DNA of 64,000 nucleotides from Octopus sinensis. Taxonomy: Eukaryota. The position numbers were made by a program, and so were the translations under genes. The stretch spans positions 90,582,001 to 90,646,000 of the forward strand of contig NC_043005.1 in assembly GCF_006345805.1 (NCBI RefSeq). The letters run 5' to 3'. The notes below the pieces were generated by a model. It ran no database searches and was not told where the DNA came from. It was given only the letters and a program-made list of their open reading frames with translations. Below are positions 49,401 to 59,733 of this stretch, piece after piece (the stretch's first letter is position 1; the number at the start of each line of letters is the position of its first letter).

Positions 49401-52400
49401 AACAAAAACAATTGCAGCATGGAAGGTGTTTAAAAGCCATTTAAAAACACAAAAACTGTTAGATTCACTTTAACATTTAAAATTAATTTGCCAAAAATAT
49501 TTTCACCACTTTGAAACTACTGTTCTCTGACAAAATTCCATGATGAACGGAATTTTGTCCGTAAACAGGTCACAGTTTCAAAGCGATGAAAATATTTTGG
49601 CAGATTAAATTTTAAAAAGTGAATCTAATAGTTTTTGTGTGTTTTTAAATGGCTTATAAACACCTTCCACACTGCAGATTTTAGCATTCAATAAATTAAT
49701 TTAATTTCATCAAAACTGACTGGGTTAATGATATTATTTGTGGTTATTTTGTATTTCTATGAAAGGAAGTTTTCTGAAAATTATTGTTTTCTTTCTCTGG
49801 TTTTCAGAAGATGAGGATAACATTAACTCAGAACCTGTTGTATTTAGTAACGTTATTGAACCAGGTCCAAGTGGAATCAATCAGAATGCTGCTACTTCTT
49901 ACCCTGATATGGGTTTAAGTGCAAATGGGCCCTCCCCCAACCAGCAACCAGACAGGTTGCAGAAACCTCCATCAGGTTCAATGGCCCCACCGACTACTCC
50001 ACAAGACAGTATCTATGGCAACAATGCTGTTTCCACTGCGGGTGGATCGTCGATGTATACCCCATGGAAACCACCAGAAAATCCAGGTAAGAATTTTTAC
50101 AGGGAGGCACAGCTGTGTGATTAAGAAGTTTGTTTTGCAGCCATGTGGCCTTGGGTTCAGTCTCACTGCACCACAGCTTGGGCAGGTATCTATTACTGCA
50201 GCCCCAAGCTGACCAAAGCTCTGGGAGTTTGGCAGGTGCAAACTGAAAAGAAAGCTGCTCTGTGTGTGTCTGTGCACGTGTTTTTGTCTCCTTGTCTCCA
50301 CATTGCTTGATAGTTATTAACAAATAGGCATAGGAGTGGCTGTGTGGTAAGTAGCTTACTTACCAACCATACGGTTCCAGGTTCAATCCTACTGTGTGGC
50401 ACCTTGGGCAAGTGTCTTCTACTATAGCCTCGGGCTGACCAAAGGCTTGTGAGTAGATTTGGTAAATGGAAACTGAAAGAAGCCTGTCGTATATATATGT
50501 GTGTGTGTGTTTGTGTGTCTGTGTTTGTCCCCACTAACATCGCTTGACAACCGATGCTGGTGTGTTTATGTCCCTGTCACTTAGCAGTTCAGCAAAAGAG
50601 ACCGATAGAATAAGTACTAGGCTTACAAAGAATTAGTCCTGGGGTCGATTTCTTCAACTAAAGGCGGTGCTCCAGTATGGCTGCAGTCAAATGACTGAAA
50701 CAAGTAAAAGAGTAAGTACCATCATCACACAAGCTGTTCATTGCTTGCAGTCTCCCATGAGATCTTATCAGACCATGGGGGAGATACCACAGCTTGCTTG
50801 GAAATGGATGAGGGTTGGTGACAGAGAGGGCATCAAGCTGGTGAAATCTCCTTCAGTGAATTCTGTCTGGCCCAAACCATCCACAGTTTAATATATAGAA
50901 TAACCTCCTGGATATATGTTTGTGTGTAGAATGGACAAAATGTTATTGAAACATTGTTTTCTTTTAAATGAAGATATTTTTGAAATTTTTTCAAAATATG
51001 AAAGCTGTTATTATATTTTAAAAAGAGATTTGGCTGCTGTTTCTTGCACCCGTAACACATTTGTAAATGATTCTTGCAATGTCTACCCACCCAATCTTGC
51101 TATTTTGCTCCTTAGGCCCATCCTGATATCTTGACATCAGCATCTTTGTCTCTCTTTCCAGCCCCTCCCCCTGCCTGGATTACTCTCACCCACTGTTGTT
51201 TAATGTGAGGTTGCCATGTATCTCTTCTACAGCACAAAACCTGTTGCAGCCTCTTCATGTAAAGCTGCTTCCATATCTCCTGTAGCTCCACTCAGCCAAT
51301 GGAAATCTTAAGTCTTGCATGAAGCATGGCGACCTCATTAGTGCTGGTTTCATGAGAAAAAGGCTTTCAATACATGCTGTAAAGTGGCATTATTAAGGGC
51401 ACCCAGCTGTAGAAGCCAAAGCAGACACTAGAGCATGATGTGGGCCTCCTCAGATCCTGTGAAATCATCCAAACCACCCCCATATCAGTATGAAAGACAA
51501 ACATTAACAGATGATGATGATGATGATGTCTGATAATGTGCTTAAGAGAGGGTGCTGAAAGTTCTTGACTTTCAGGGTATCATGAAAAGCCTGATTGGAG
51601 GCCCAACCTCCCAAGTTCTTTTACAGGGTTTAGTAAAACTGAAGGACCGCTGCAATAAGTATGTGAATCTGAGAAGGGAATCTGTTGAATAAAATCTTAA
51701 TTGACTGTTCCTCCTGTTTTCTCTTTTACCCCAAACCAGGAACTTTTCAACCCCCCCTCATATTCATGTTTGTGCATCCAGTTTTTTTTTATACAATTCT
51801 ATATTTCTGAGATGAGGAATTTATTTTATGTACACTGATTACTTTAGTCGAACTGGTGTCTTCATGTTGATGTTTTAGGTGTGTACACTCCAGCCTTGTT
51901 CAGGTATGTTGTGATTCACCTCAGTGCTTTGTATGAGATTGAACTCAGAACCTCTAGGTTACTGCGCTGCATTAACCAATGCCTTTATCTGCTATGTTAT
52001 GTCCATAGCATAGCATAGTGGATAATCACAAGACACTTGAAGATGGCTGGAGTGTACACCACCTGAAATGTGGTGAAATCAACAATCTCTTTCTTTTGTT
52101 TTTTGTTGTTGTACTGTCATCATCATCGTTTAACGTCCGCTTTCCATGCTAGCATGGGTTGGACGATTTGACTGAGGGCTGGTGAACCAGATGACTGCAC
52201 CAGGCTCCAATCTGATCTGGCAGGTTTCTACAGCTGGATGCCTTTCCTAATGCCAACCACTCCAAGAGTGTAGTGGGTGCTTTTATGTGCCAGTCAGGTG
52301 GTACTGGCAACGGCCACACTCGAATGGTGTTTTTTTACATGCCACATGCACAGGAGCTAGTCCATCGGCACTGGCAACAACCTTACTTGAATGTTTTTAC

Positions 52401-52833
52401 ACATGCCACCGGCACAAGTACCAGTAAGGTGATGCTGGTAACGATCATGCTCAAATGGTGCTTTTTATGTGCCACCGGCGCGGAAGCCAGTTTGCTTCTC
52501 TGGCAACATTCACGCTCGGATGGTGCTCTTAGCGCTCCCCTAGCACAGATGCCAGTCATCGAATTTGATTTCAATTTCGATTTCCCTTGCCTCAACAGGT
52601 CTTTGCAAGCAGAATTTAGTGTCCAGTGATGTACCCTTCATCATATATTGTTAATGGTTTTTTTTTTTTTTTTTCATATTTCAGCTGGTGTGACTCTTAC
52701 CACCCAAGATTACCAAAAAGCCATGAAACTATGCAAGTTTGCCAGCAGTGCTCTACAATATGAAGATTCTAAGACAGCTATTGAGAATCTGCAGAAAGCT
52801 TTAACTTTGTTGACCACTGGACAACAACCTTAA
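16920..52833 (+). CDS. VTA1: Vacuolar protein sorting-associated protein VTA1 homolog; join(16920..17028,22637..22731,32127..32254,45609..45684,47917..48019,49808..50086,52685..52833), 312 aa
   Basis: Exon lengths 109+95+128+76+103+279+149=939 nt, open frame to TAA. N-terminal tandem MIT region ([25 protein letters not shown]...[24 protein letters not shown]), low-complexity P/S/G linker, and C-terminal VSL/Vps4-binding domain ([29 protein letters not shown]) match the VTA1 family. All junctions are GT..AG. Confidence 0.97.
17603..17649 (-). ncRNA. Identical hammerhead motif on the minus strand (other palindrome arm)
   Basis: Exact reverse complement of 17658-17704. Confidence 0.75.
17658..17704 (+). 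ncRNA. Type I hammerhead ribozyme motif (sense to VTA1)
   Basis: AAAACUGU-CUGAUGA-ACG-GCAA-CGA-GAAAC-UCAGA-GUA|ACAG-a-UUUU: intact CUGAUGA and GAAA core, GNRA-capped stem II with A-A closing mismatch, 3-bp stem III, bulged 8-bp stem I. Confidence 0.75.
19628..20026 (-). mobile_element. Near full-length tRNA-derived SINE, family A (GGAGTGGCTGTGTGGTAAG head, AAAGAGT tail; other copies ~9860-10150 -, ~23100-23480 -, 50333-50717 +, 54604-55190 +)
   Basis: A-box TGGCTGTGTGGT and B-box GGTTCAGTCC; central (TA/TG)n; many CpGs retained, so probably young. Confidence 0.85.
21833..22093. mobile_element. hAT (Charlie-like) MITE
   Basis: TIRs CAGGGCTTCTCAACC / GGTTGAGAACCACTG; 8-bp flanks GTTTAGAG / CTGTAGAG (6/8). 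Confidence 0.8.
22637..22731 (+). CDS. VTA1: VTA1 exon 2 ([32 protein letters not shown])
   Basis: Poly-T tract + TACAG acceptor; donor GTATGT; 95 nt. Confidence 0.95.
25983..26203. mobile_element. piggyBac-like MITE, 221 bp (degenerate relative at ~31015-31180)
   Basis: TTAA|CCCTTTCGTTAC ... GTAACGAAAGGG|TTAA: perfect 12-bp TIR and TTAA TSD. Confidence 0.88.
26556..26812. repeat. (CACT)n/(CA)n compound microsatellite
   Basis: Direct observation; explains the His/Ser/Leu/Thr-rich ORF 26530..26979. Confidence 0.95.
27581..27706. mobile_element. 126-bp foldback element in VTA1 intron 2
   Basis: 56-nt arms, 49/56 complementary, 14-nt loop. Confidence 0.75.
28544..30292 (-). mobile_element. 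5'-truncated RTE-clade LINE: RT domain, C-terminus, 3' UTR with 67-bp unit array, (GAT)n tail
   Basis: ORF 29510..30223 [13 protein letters not shown]...GVHQGS...YTDDLAL; ORF 29195..29443 [16 protein letters not shown]; GRPRKTW-like end; tail at 28544. Confidence 0.92.
31250..31977 (+). mobile_element. RTE 3'-end fragment with 3' UTR and (GAT)n tail
   Basis: Homologous to the 3' part of 28544-30292; long GAT tail at ~31945-31977. Confidence 0.8.
32127..32254 (+). CDS. VTA1: VTA1 exon 3 ([43 protein letters not shown])
   Basis: CCAG acceptor; donor GTATGT; 128 nt. Confidence 0.95.
32492..32840. mobile_element. Non-autonomous element with Helentron/HINE-like ends, embedded in (AAT)n
   Basis: AGCACTCAGAGAG..AACCTCCACC at one end and ACCTCTGCC...GTGGAGGTAA (short hairpin plus subterminal inverted repeat) at the other. 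Confidence 0.5.
33545..34065 (+). mobile_element. RTE-3'UTR-derived element with ~5 tandem 67-bp units
   Basis: Units GCCAGTGCCGCCTGACTGGCTCC..GTGC.GGTGGCACGTAAAAAGCACC repeated at ~33612-33930. Confidence 0.85.
34860..37330 (+). mobile_element. Long decayed RTE-clade LINE: APE endonuclease plus RT, late ORF deleted, then 3' UTR
   Basis: [10 protein letters not shown]...[11 protein letters not shown]...IISAYAPQ...GDFNGHVG (APE); [12 protein letters not shown]...GVHQGS...LLYAD (RT); many stops and frameshifts. Confidence 0.92.
39066..40717. mobile_element. hAT MITE (same family as 21833-22093) split by a Tc1 element and a short SINE tail
   Basis: Termini CATTGCTTCTCAACC / GCTGAGAATCATTG; perfect 8-bp TSD CTCTAATG at 39058-39065 and 40718-40725. 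Confidence 0.88.
39205..40513 (-). mobile_element. Full-length (1309 bp) decayed Tc1-like transposon
   Basis: 24-bp TIRs CACTGAACTGCAAAAGTAACGTGA vs CACTGAACCACAAAAGAAATGTGA (20/24); TG/TA flanks; frames give [23 protein letters not shown] and DLNLIEHL. Confidence 0.9.
42647..42879 (+). mobile_element. tRNA-derived SINE family B (GGCGGCGAGCTGGC head) inserted in a family A SINE; other B copies ~32930-33060 -, ~43250-43400 +, ~43770-43985 -, ~47150-47290 -, ~53490-53700 +, ~53755-53960 +, 54754-54974 +, ~60115-60345 +, ~63790-63970 +
   Basis: B-box GAGTTCAAATTC; 11-bp TSD GAAACTGAAAG at 42636-42646 and 42880-42890. Confidence 0.85.
45385..45512. repeat. 16-bp minisatellite, 8 units (consensus GACACCATCCGTCCCA)
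   Basis: Units start at 45385, 45401, 45417 ... 45497. Confidence 0.9.
45609..45684 (+). CDS. VTA1: VTA1 exon 4 ([25 protein letters not shown])
   Basis: ATCAG acceptor; donor GTGAGT; 76 nt. Confidence 0.95.
46195..46364. repeat. Penelope-like inverted repeat enclosing a 59-nt hairpin (46278-46336)
   Basis: TTAGAAGAAATAAGGTACTCAGAAATC vs GATTTCTGAGTACCTTATTTTTTCTAA (1 mismatch); inner 27-bp stem with 5-nt loop. Confidence 0.8.
47067..47110 (-). ncRNA. Minimal type I hammerhead motif in a Penelope-like repeat (~47005-47160)
   Basis: ACAC-CUGAUGA-a-GGCUG-gaggguauau-CAGCC-GAAAU-GUU|GUGU; one core change (C15.2>U, CpG-type). Confidence 0.7.
47917..48019 (+). CDS. VTA1: VTA1 exon 5 ([34 protein letters not shown])
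   Basis: TTTTGTAG acceptor; donor GTAATA; 103 nt. Not in the ORF track but contains the conserved KYAKWKA motif. Confidence 0.95.
49413..49676. mobile_element. ~264-bp foldback MITE ending ~130 nt upstream of VTA1 exon 6
   Basis: TGCAGCATGGAAGGTGTTTAAAAGCCATTTAAAAACAC...GACAAAATTCC / GGAATTTTGTC...GTGTTTTTAAATGGCTTATAAACACCTTCCACACTGCA; 9-nt loop. Confidence 0.85.
49808..50086 (+). CDS. VTA1: VTA1 exon 6, low-complexity linker ([10 protein letters not shown]...WKPPENP)
   Basis: TTTTCAG acceptor; donor GTAAGA; 279 nt, phase 1-1, joins exon 5 to exon 7 in frame. Confidence 0.88.
51543..51762. mobile_element. mariner-like MITE
   Basis: GAGAGGGTGCTGAAAGTTCTTGACTTT / AAACCAGGAACTTTTCAACCCCCCCTCA|TA ends; internal [13 protein letters not shown] resembles a mariner C-terminus. 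Confidence 0.65.
51865..52075. repeat. Inverted pair of strongly degenerate hammerhead-bearing Penelope-like fragments (51865-51908 -, 52033-52075 +)
   Basis: Both share GGCTGGAGTGTACAC with the 47067 family; cores CUGAACA / UUGAAGA and GAAAUGUG are degenerate. Confidence 0.5.
52685..52833 (+). CDS. VTA1: VTA1 last coding exon, VSL domain ([49 protein letters not shown])
   Basis: Long poly-T + TTTCAG acceptor; stop TAA at 52831-52833. Confidence 0.95.
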
Positions 52834-52879
52834 CCCTGTCCACAAATTTATGATCATACTCAAGATAACAACGACAACA

Positions 52880-53708
52880 ACAATATATTATTATTATTAT
52901 CATCATTATTATTATTATCATTTTTATTATTATTATTATATCATGAAAAATTGCAGCTTTATTTTGCTAGGTTTTATGAAAAGTGTCAGCTGTCCACAGT
53001 CAGCAGACTAAGGTGGCACTTGTTTACTGATCATGCTTATTATTATTGTTGTTGTTGTTATTATTATAAATTAACATTATTGTTATTTATGGCAAAAAAT
53101 ATTTGTTAACATTTTTATTATTTATGTTATATTATTTATTATTATAAAGAAAACATAAAAAATTATCATTATTATTATTATCATTTTTATTATCATCATC
53201 ATCATCATACTCCTCCTCCACATCATTATTATTACTATTATTATTATTATTATTATTATGGATTGGCAGAATTGAAATGTGTTAGAGAAAATGCCTTGTG
53301 GTATGTAAATATGGTTCTTTATGCCAAGGTAGACTTTGCCTTTCATCCTTCTGGGCTCGTTAAAATACTGTTGCAGTGAAGTACTGCGGTCAATTTAATT
53401 GACTAACCATCTCACCCCTAAACATCAGGACTTATACCTGTATTAGAAATAATAATTATAATAACAATTATTATTATTATTATTATTATTATTAAGGCAG
53501 CTAGTTGGCCGAATCATTAGTACGCTGGACGAAATGTTTAGCAGTATTTCACCCATCACTACATCCTGAGTTCAAATTCCGCCAAGGTCAACTTTTCTTT
53601 TCATCCTTTCAGGGTTGATAAATTGAGTACCAGTGAAATACTGGGGGTCGATATAATCGACTAACCCACTTCCTCCAAATTTCAGGCCTTGTGCCTATAA
53701 TAGAAGGG

Positions 53709-53755
<47 letters not shown>

Positions 53756-53968
53756 GGTGGCCAGCTGGCAGACTCATTAGCATGCTAGACAAAATGCTTA
53801 GTGGTATTTCACCCGTTGCTATGTTCTGAGTTCAAATTCTGCTGAGGTCAACTTTGCCTTTCATCCTTTCGGGGGTCAATAAAGCAAGTACCAGTAAAAC
53901 ACTGGGGTCAATGTAATTAACTTATCCCCTCCCACAAAATTGCTGCACTTTTTGTCAAAATTTGAAAC

Positions 53969-54027
<59 letters not shown>

Positions 54028-54040
54028 TTATTATATCATT
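52880..54040. repeat. Cluster of (ATT)n/(ATC)n tracts and family B SINEs immediately downstream of the VTA1 stop (probable 3' UTR)
   Basis: Direct observation; first AATAAA found downstream of the stop is at 53878-53883 inside a SINE, another at 55541-55546. Confidence 0.7.
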
Positions 54041-54558
54041 TTATTTCTAAGCTTTTGTTGTGTAGTTCTTTGTGTCCAAAATTAATGCTGCCAGTTCTAA
54101 CAGTTTCCCTATACTCTAGGTTCTTATACAAGGTGGGTCAAAAGCCTTGCTACCATTAAAGAAAAAATAGATAAAGCATTTTGCCGTTTACTTATTTAAG
54201 CCATTGGACTGTGGTCATGCTGGGGCACCACTTTGAAGGCTTTAGTCAAACAAATCAACCCCAGTATTTGTTTTTAAGTCTCTTTTACTGGATCACTAGG
54301 TAACCAGAATGTAAACAAACCATCATTGGTTGTCAAGCAGTGAGTAGGGTGATAAACACAAAGGCACACACACACACATATTAAAAAACTGGCACTCCAC
54401 CGGTTACACCAATGAGTGTTCTAGTTGATCTGATCCACAAAACAGCCTATATATATATTTATATGGTGCTACAGCATGGCTGCAGTTATATGACTGAATC
54501 AAGTAAAGAAGTAAAAGAGTATACATACATACATATATATATATATAATATATATATA

Positions 54559-54598
<40 letters not shown>

Positions 54599-57084
54599 TG
54601 TATAGGAGTGGCTGTGTGGTAAGAAGCTTGCTTCCTAACTACATGGTTCTGGGTTCAGTCCCACTGTGTGGCACCTTGGGCAAGTGTCTTCTACTATAGC
54701 CTCAGGCCAACCAAAGCCTTGTGAGTGGATTTGGTAGACAGAAACTGAAAGAAGCAGTGAGCTGACAGAAACATTAGCACGCCAGACGAAATGCTTAGCT
54801 GTATTTTGTCTGCTGTTACGTTCTGAGTTCAAATTCCGCTGAGGTCGCCTTTGCCCTTCATCCTTTCGGGGTTGATTAAATAAGTACCAGTTACGCACTG
54901 GGATTGATATAATTGACTTAATCTGTTTGTCTATCCTTGTTTGTCCCCTCTGTGTGTAGCCCTTTGTGGGCAGTAAAGAAGCCCGTCATATATATATGTG
55001 TAAGTATGTGTATATGTATGTATTTGTGTATCTGTGTTTGTTTACATCCTTATAACTTAGTGGTTCAGCAATAGAGACTGATAGAGTAAATACTAAGCTT
55101 ACAGAGAATAAGTCCTGGGGTCAATTTGTTCGACTAAAGGCAGTGCTCCAGCATGGCTGCTGTCAAATAACTGAAACAAGTAAAAGAATATATATATACT
55201 CATACACGTATATATATATATCACAAAGTTCTACAGTTTCTGTCTCCCAGATTCACTCACAAGGCATTGGTTGGCCCAGGAATCTATCATAGAGGACACT
55301 TGCCCTTGATCAAGGTGCTGTGCAGTGGGACTGAACCCGAGATCACATGGTTGCAAAGCCCACTTCTTAACCACCGAGCCATTAAATGATAGCATGACTT
55401 CAAGCCAGCCCTGTACAAAACATTGCTGCGAACCATTTATAGTTCTCCACACAACCCATCCTGTCCCATCCCTCCTCCACCAGGACAGAAAGTTGCTACT
55501 ATTTGAACAATTAATAAGGTTCTTTTTTTTCATAGTGTTCAATAAAATTTATTGCCAATCTATATTTTCAAGGTGGTGGTGGGGATAGTGTGAGGTTGGG
55601 TTAGGCAGTGTGTCTTGGGTTGCAGGATCAATTCTGATTCCAGTCCAAAATTTCAATCAACTGTTTTTATCTATATTTTTCTGTGTTTGTGTGTGTGTGC
55701 GCGCACGCATGTGCGTGTGTATGTGTGTGTATGCATATGTACATGGATGTGTGTTTGTGTATGGGTGTGTGTGTGTGTGTTTTAGTCTTTTCTGCTATAT
55801 GCTTTATGGTAATGTCAATGTGAAGACCCTTTCCTACACTTTGCTCCTTCTTGTCCCTCTTCTTCTGACCCTCCCTGCTCAAGTGCCCCCCACTCCCCTC
55901 CAAAATTTTGTGGCCTTGCATTCAGTGATAATTCTCTCCATTTGTTTGTTCTATTTTCTATGTAAACCTAATGGTTTCCCTGGCAACCCCACCTCCCACC
56001 ACATCCTTACATCTGCCCACATAACAAGTATCTCAAATCTTGTTCAAAAATGCTAAACTCTTTTGCTTGACCATTCTGTTTGCTTATTCCACTGAAATTA
56101 GCAAAAACTTCAATGTAAAAAAAAAAAACATAAAAAGAAACAAAAAAAAAAACAAACAGAAGTCTCCCCACGCCATCTCCTTCAGAAGCTAAAAGAAACA
56201 GCTTTTTCTCCATTTTTTTTTTAAAAGCCAGTGGAAACAAAGTAATTAAAGTTTGATTACTATTTAATTAAGCTGATGTGGTTCATCATTTCTTTGTGTA
56301 TTTGTGTTTGTGTGTATCTGTATGTGCTCAAGCATGGCCAGATTTTTAAGAAGTTTGTTTTGCAGTCTCAAGGTCCCTGGATTTAATCCTTTTTTTTTTT
56401 ACAATACCCTTGAGCAAGTTTCTTCTCTCACAGGCTCTAGTAGGACCGAAGCTTTGAGAGTTTGAGTAGGAAGCGATGGAAAGTGCACAGAAATATGGAT
56501 GATGGACAGTCATTCAGAAGTCCAACCTTGTTACCCTGGTTTTGAGGATTACATTAAGAGTACTGGTACCTGTGGAATACTCAGCCACATGTTAGTCTGC
56601 ATTACTCCCTAAGGAGCTTAGGGCCAGTTTCCTAGTTTCTCTGGGGGTATATATTCCTTTCTGGATGGGATACTCATTTTCACCTTGAGTGGACTGGAGC
56701 AACACGAAATGAAGTGTCTTGCTCAAGCAGGCAATGCATCACCCAGTCCAGGAATTGAAACTACAATCTTACACTCATGAGTCCAACACCCTAACCCTTA
56801 AGCCACGCATCTCCACTCAACCACATAGAATGATTAAATGAATAAGTCTTTCCATATGTTCAGGATCATAATTATTCTCATTGTTAACACCATTTTACAC
56901 CCATTTCCCCATGCTAGAACGGACAGGACAAGTCTTCTCCTGTTGCAGTCATTCACCATCTATCAGATCCTGAGATCTATTCTTACCACATCTTTTCTGT
57001 TCTATGTCTTGCTTTGTCTTCTTTTGAATCTACCTTCAGCTTTGATTACTTGGCATTTGTTTAACCAGTTTTCATCCTCTACAC

Positions 57085-57405
57085 CAGGGGTTCCCAACCG
57101 GGGTCCACATGGACCCCCGGCAGTCCACAGAAGTTTTAAAGGGGTCCACAAGTAAAAAAATTGTAATTTGTGGGTCCATATATTAATTTTGTTTACTAGG
57201 AGAGGTACACCTGTATATTTTGAAATTTTCAAGATTTGAATTTGGAATTTATGTTATGAATATAACGAAATTGTTTCATTGTTAGTTTTTACTAACCTAC
57301 AAACAAGTATTTTATTTCAAAAATTTACATGTACATATATGGGGTCCACAGATGATAAGCTGGCTCTCAGGGGGTCCACAAGCAAAATAAGGTTGGGAAC
57401 CCCTC
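57085..57405. mobile_element. hAT (Charlie-like) MITE
   Basis: TIRs CAGGGGTTCCCAACC / GGTTGGGAACCCCTC; flanks CTCTACAC / TTCTACAC (7/8); GGGGTCCAC subterminal repeats. Confidence 0.88.
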
Positions 57406-58561
57406 TTCTACACCTACCAACACTGTCTCCCCTCTTACTACAATTGGTCCCTCATATACCCGTTTTATTTCCGTATACATCATATGTCTACTAACCCTTT
57501 AGCATTCAGATAGACCACACTCGAAGCACCATTCAAGCATGGCCGATGCCAGTACCACCTGACTGGCCCTCATGTCGGTGGCATGTAAAAAGCACCCACT
57601 ACACTCTGTGAATGGTTGGCGTTAGGAAGGGCATCCAGCTGTAGAAACATTGCCAGATCGGATTGGAGCCTGGTGCAGCCTTCAAACCGTCCAACCCATG
57701 CCAGCATGGAAAGCAGACGTTAAATGACGATGATGATGATGATTATTCTGCCAATTGTAATCCTTATTTATTCACACTGCCTTGAATTAACCATCGATTG
57801 TCTGATGGCTTTGAAATTTCAATGATGTTATTGCTTATCTTTAGAATCATCTCATCGTATTCTCTTCCTAATCAGGAACTCTTTCTCTTACTTTTATAAC
57901 CTTGCCCATCAATTTGATGCCTTTGTAACTGCAGTTGCTTCTTTCTAGAACAGTCCCATCAAAGTAGAAAGCCAGTGAACAACTAAGAAATGTCCTGCTG
58001 AGTGTAACAAGACAAGCAGTCAATTGATTGATTTGTTAGAGCATTGGATAGAGTCCTTTGTGAAATTTCTGATGAGTCTCTGTAATCTGAGATCAAATCC
58101 CAATAAGGTTTTGCTTTTCATCTTTTGAGGTTTGATAAAGAGGTATAATAATCCAGGTAGGGGATCAACAGAAGTGTAAAAAAGTTGGATCAAATATCAT
58201 GTGGTGTTTGTTCCAGTTGTTTATGTTCTGAGTCAAATTCCACCTTAGTTCACCTGAAACACACTTGCTAACCTGGAGGCCTAGTAAAGTGACAAGTAGA
58301 CGCTAGACAGAGATGAGAGAAGGAGTCTCTTGGCTGCAAGGACATGAAATTTGGTGAATAACAGAATAGCAAACTTATGAATAACTTGTTTTCCAAGATA
58401 TTCAAACATTAGAATGAATGTTTTGAAACCTTAAATTATATTTATAAAAACCTCTGACATATCAACTCAGACAGCCCTTGTCACATTGTTTGAGAAGGTG
58501 GTGATACAGTCTGGCCATGGCCCAAACAAGTAAAACAGTAAACAAATTAAAGAATTATATA

Positions 58562-59316
58562 TCATCATCATTGTTTAATGTCCATTTTCCATGCTAGCAT
58601 GGGTTGGACGGTTTGTACCAAGCTCCAGTCTGATCTGGCAATGTTTCTACAGCTGGATGCCCTTCCTAATGACAACCACTCTGAGAGTGTAGTGGGTGCT
58701 TTTTATGTTCCACTGGCACAGGAACCAATCAGGCGGGCTTAGCATTGATCATGTTCAGATAGTGCTTTTTACGTGCCAGTGGCACGGAAGCCAGTCAGTG
58801 GGTACTGGCATCGACCACATTTGGATGGTACTTTTTATGTGCCACTGGCACAGGAGCCAATTGGATGGACTTGGCATCAACCACACTCGGATGGTGCTTT
58901 TTACGTGCTACCAGCACGGAAGCCAGTCAGGGAACATTAGCATTGACCACATTCAGATGATACATTTTATATGCAACGGGAGCGGGAGCCAGTCAGGGGG
59001 CACTGGTCAAGCTACGATTTTGGTTTTACTTAACAGGTCTTAAGCATATCATATCGCCCGACACATCAGGGGTACTCTTAAATGGGCTGAATATGCAGCA
59101 CTGGCATCAGCTATGGCTGCAATCTCACTTTAGTTTCCAGGTCTTCTCAATCACAGCATATCTCCAAAGGTCTCGCTCTCTTGTCATTGCCTCTGTGAGG
59201 CCCAATGTTCAAAGGTCATGCTTCACCACCACATCCCATGTCTTCCTGGGTCTACCTCTTCCACAGCGTCCTTCCACAGTTAGGGAGTGGCACTTCCTCA
59301 CACAGCTGTTCCCGTA
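58562..59316 (-). mobile_element. RTE 3'-end fragment with 3' UTR array and (GAT)n tail
   Basis: [30 protein letters not shown], then ~5 degenerate 67-bp units at 58690-58990. Confidence 0.85.
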
Positions 59317-59613
59317 TTCTTTTAAATTTTCCTTTAAAGTTGATGTAGGGAGAGAAGCGTCTACGATCTTTGGAGGTGCTCCTAAACTGGTGAGGTTGAT
59401 GTCAAGTCTGAACACAAACAGGTCAGAAGTAGAATAATGAAAGCAAAGAGAAATAAAGAAAGCTTCTAACAGAGCAGAAAGCTTAAAAAAACCATTTATA
59501 TTTTGAGTGCAAAGGTCTATCTTTAGAAGAATATAGTCAAGGAAATGTGCAAGCAACAGGGTCAGTATTAATACTGAGAGATAATATTGATCCCCACTTA
59601 AACCTGGATGTCC

Positions 59614-59733
59614 TGTTAGAACAAACTATACTGTGGTGGATAGCATAAGATACAAGCAAGTGTGCATTTGGCCCCAAAAGCCAGTTTAAGAGTTTCTCTT
59701 AGGGTATCTACTGCAGTATAGTTTGTTCTAACA
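59614..59733. mobile_element. 120-bp element with perfect 20-bp TIRs
   Basis: TGTTAGAACAAACTATACTG / CAGTATAGTTTGTTCTAACA; no TSD recognised. Confidence 0.65.

Noticed and set aside
58069-58098. CUGAUGA plus a 5-bp stem resembling a hammerhead
   Set aside because: Followed by CAAA rather than GAAA, with no stem I or III; lies in a decayed family B SINE head.
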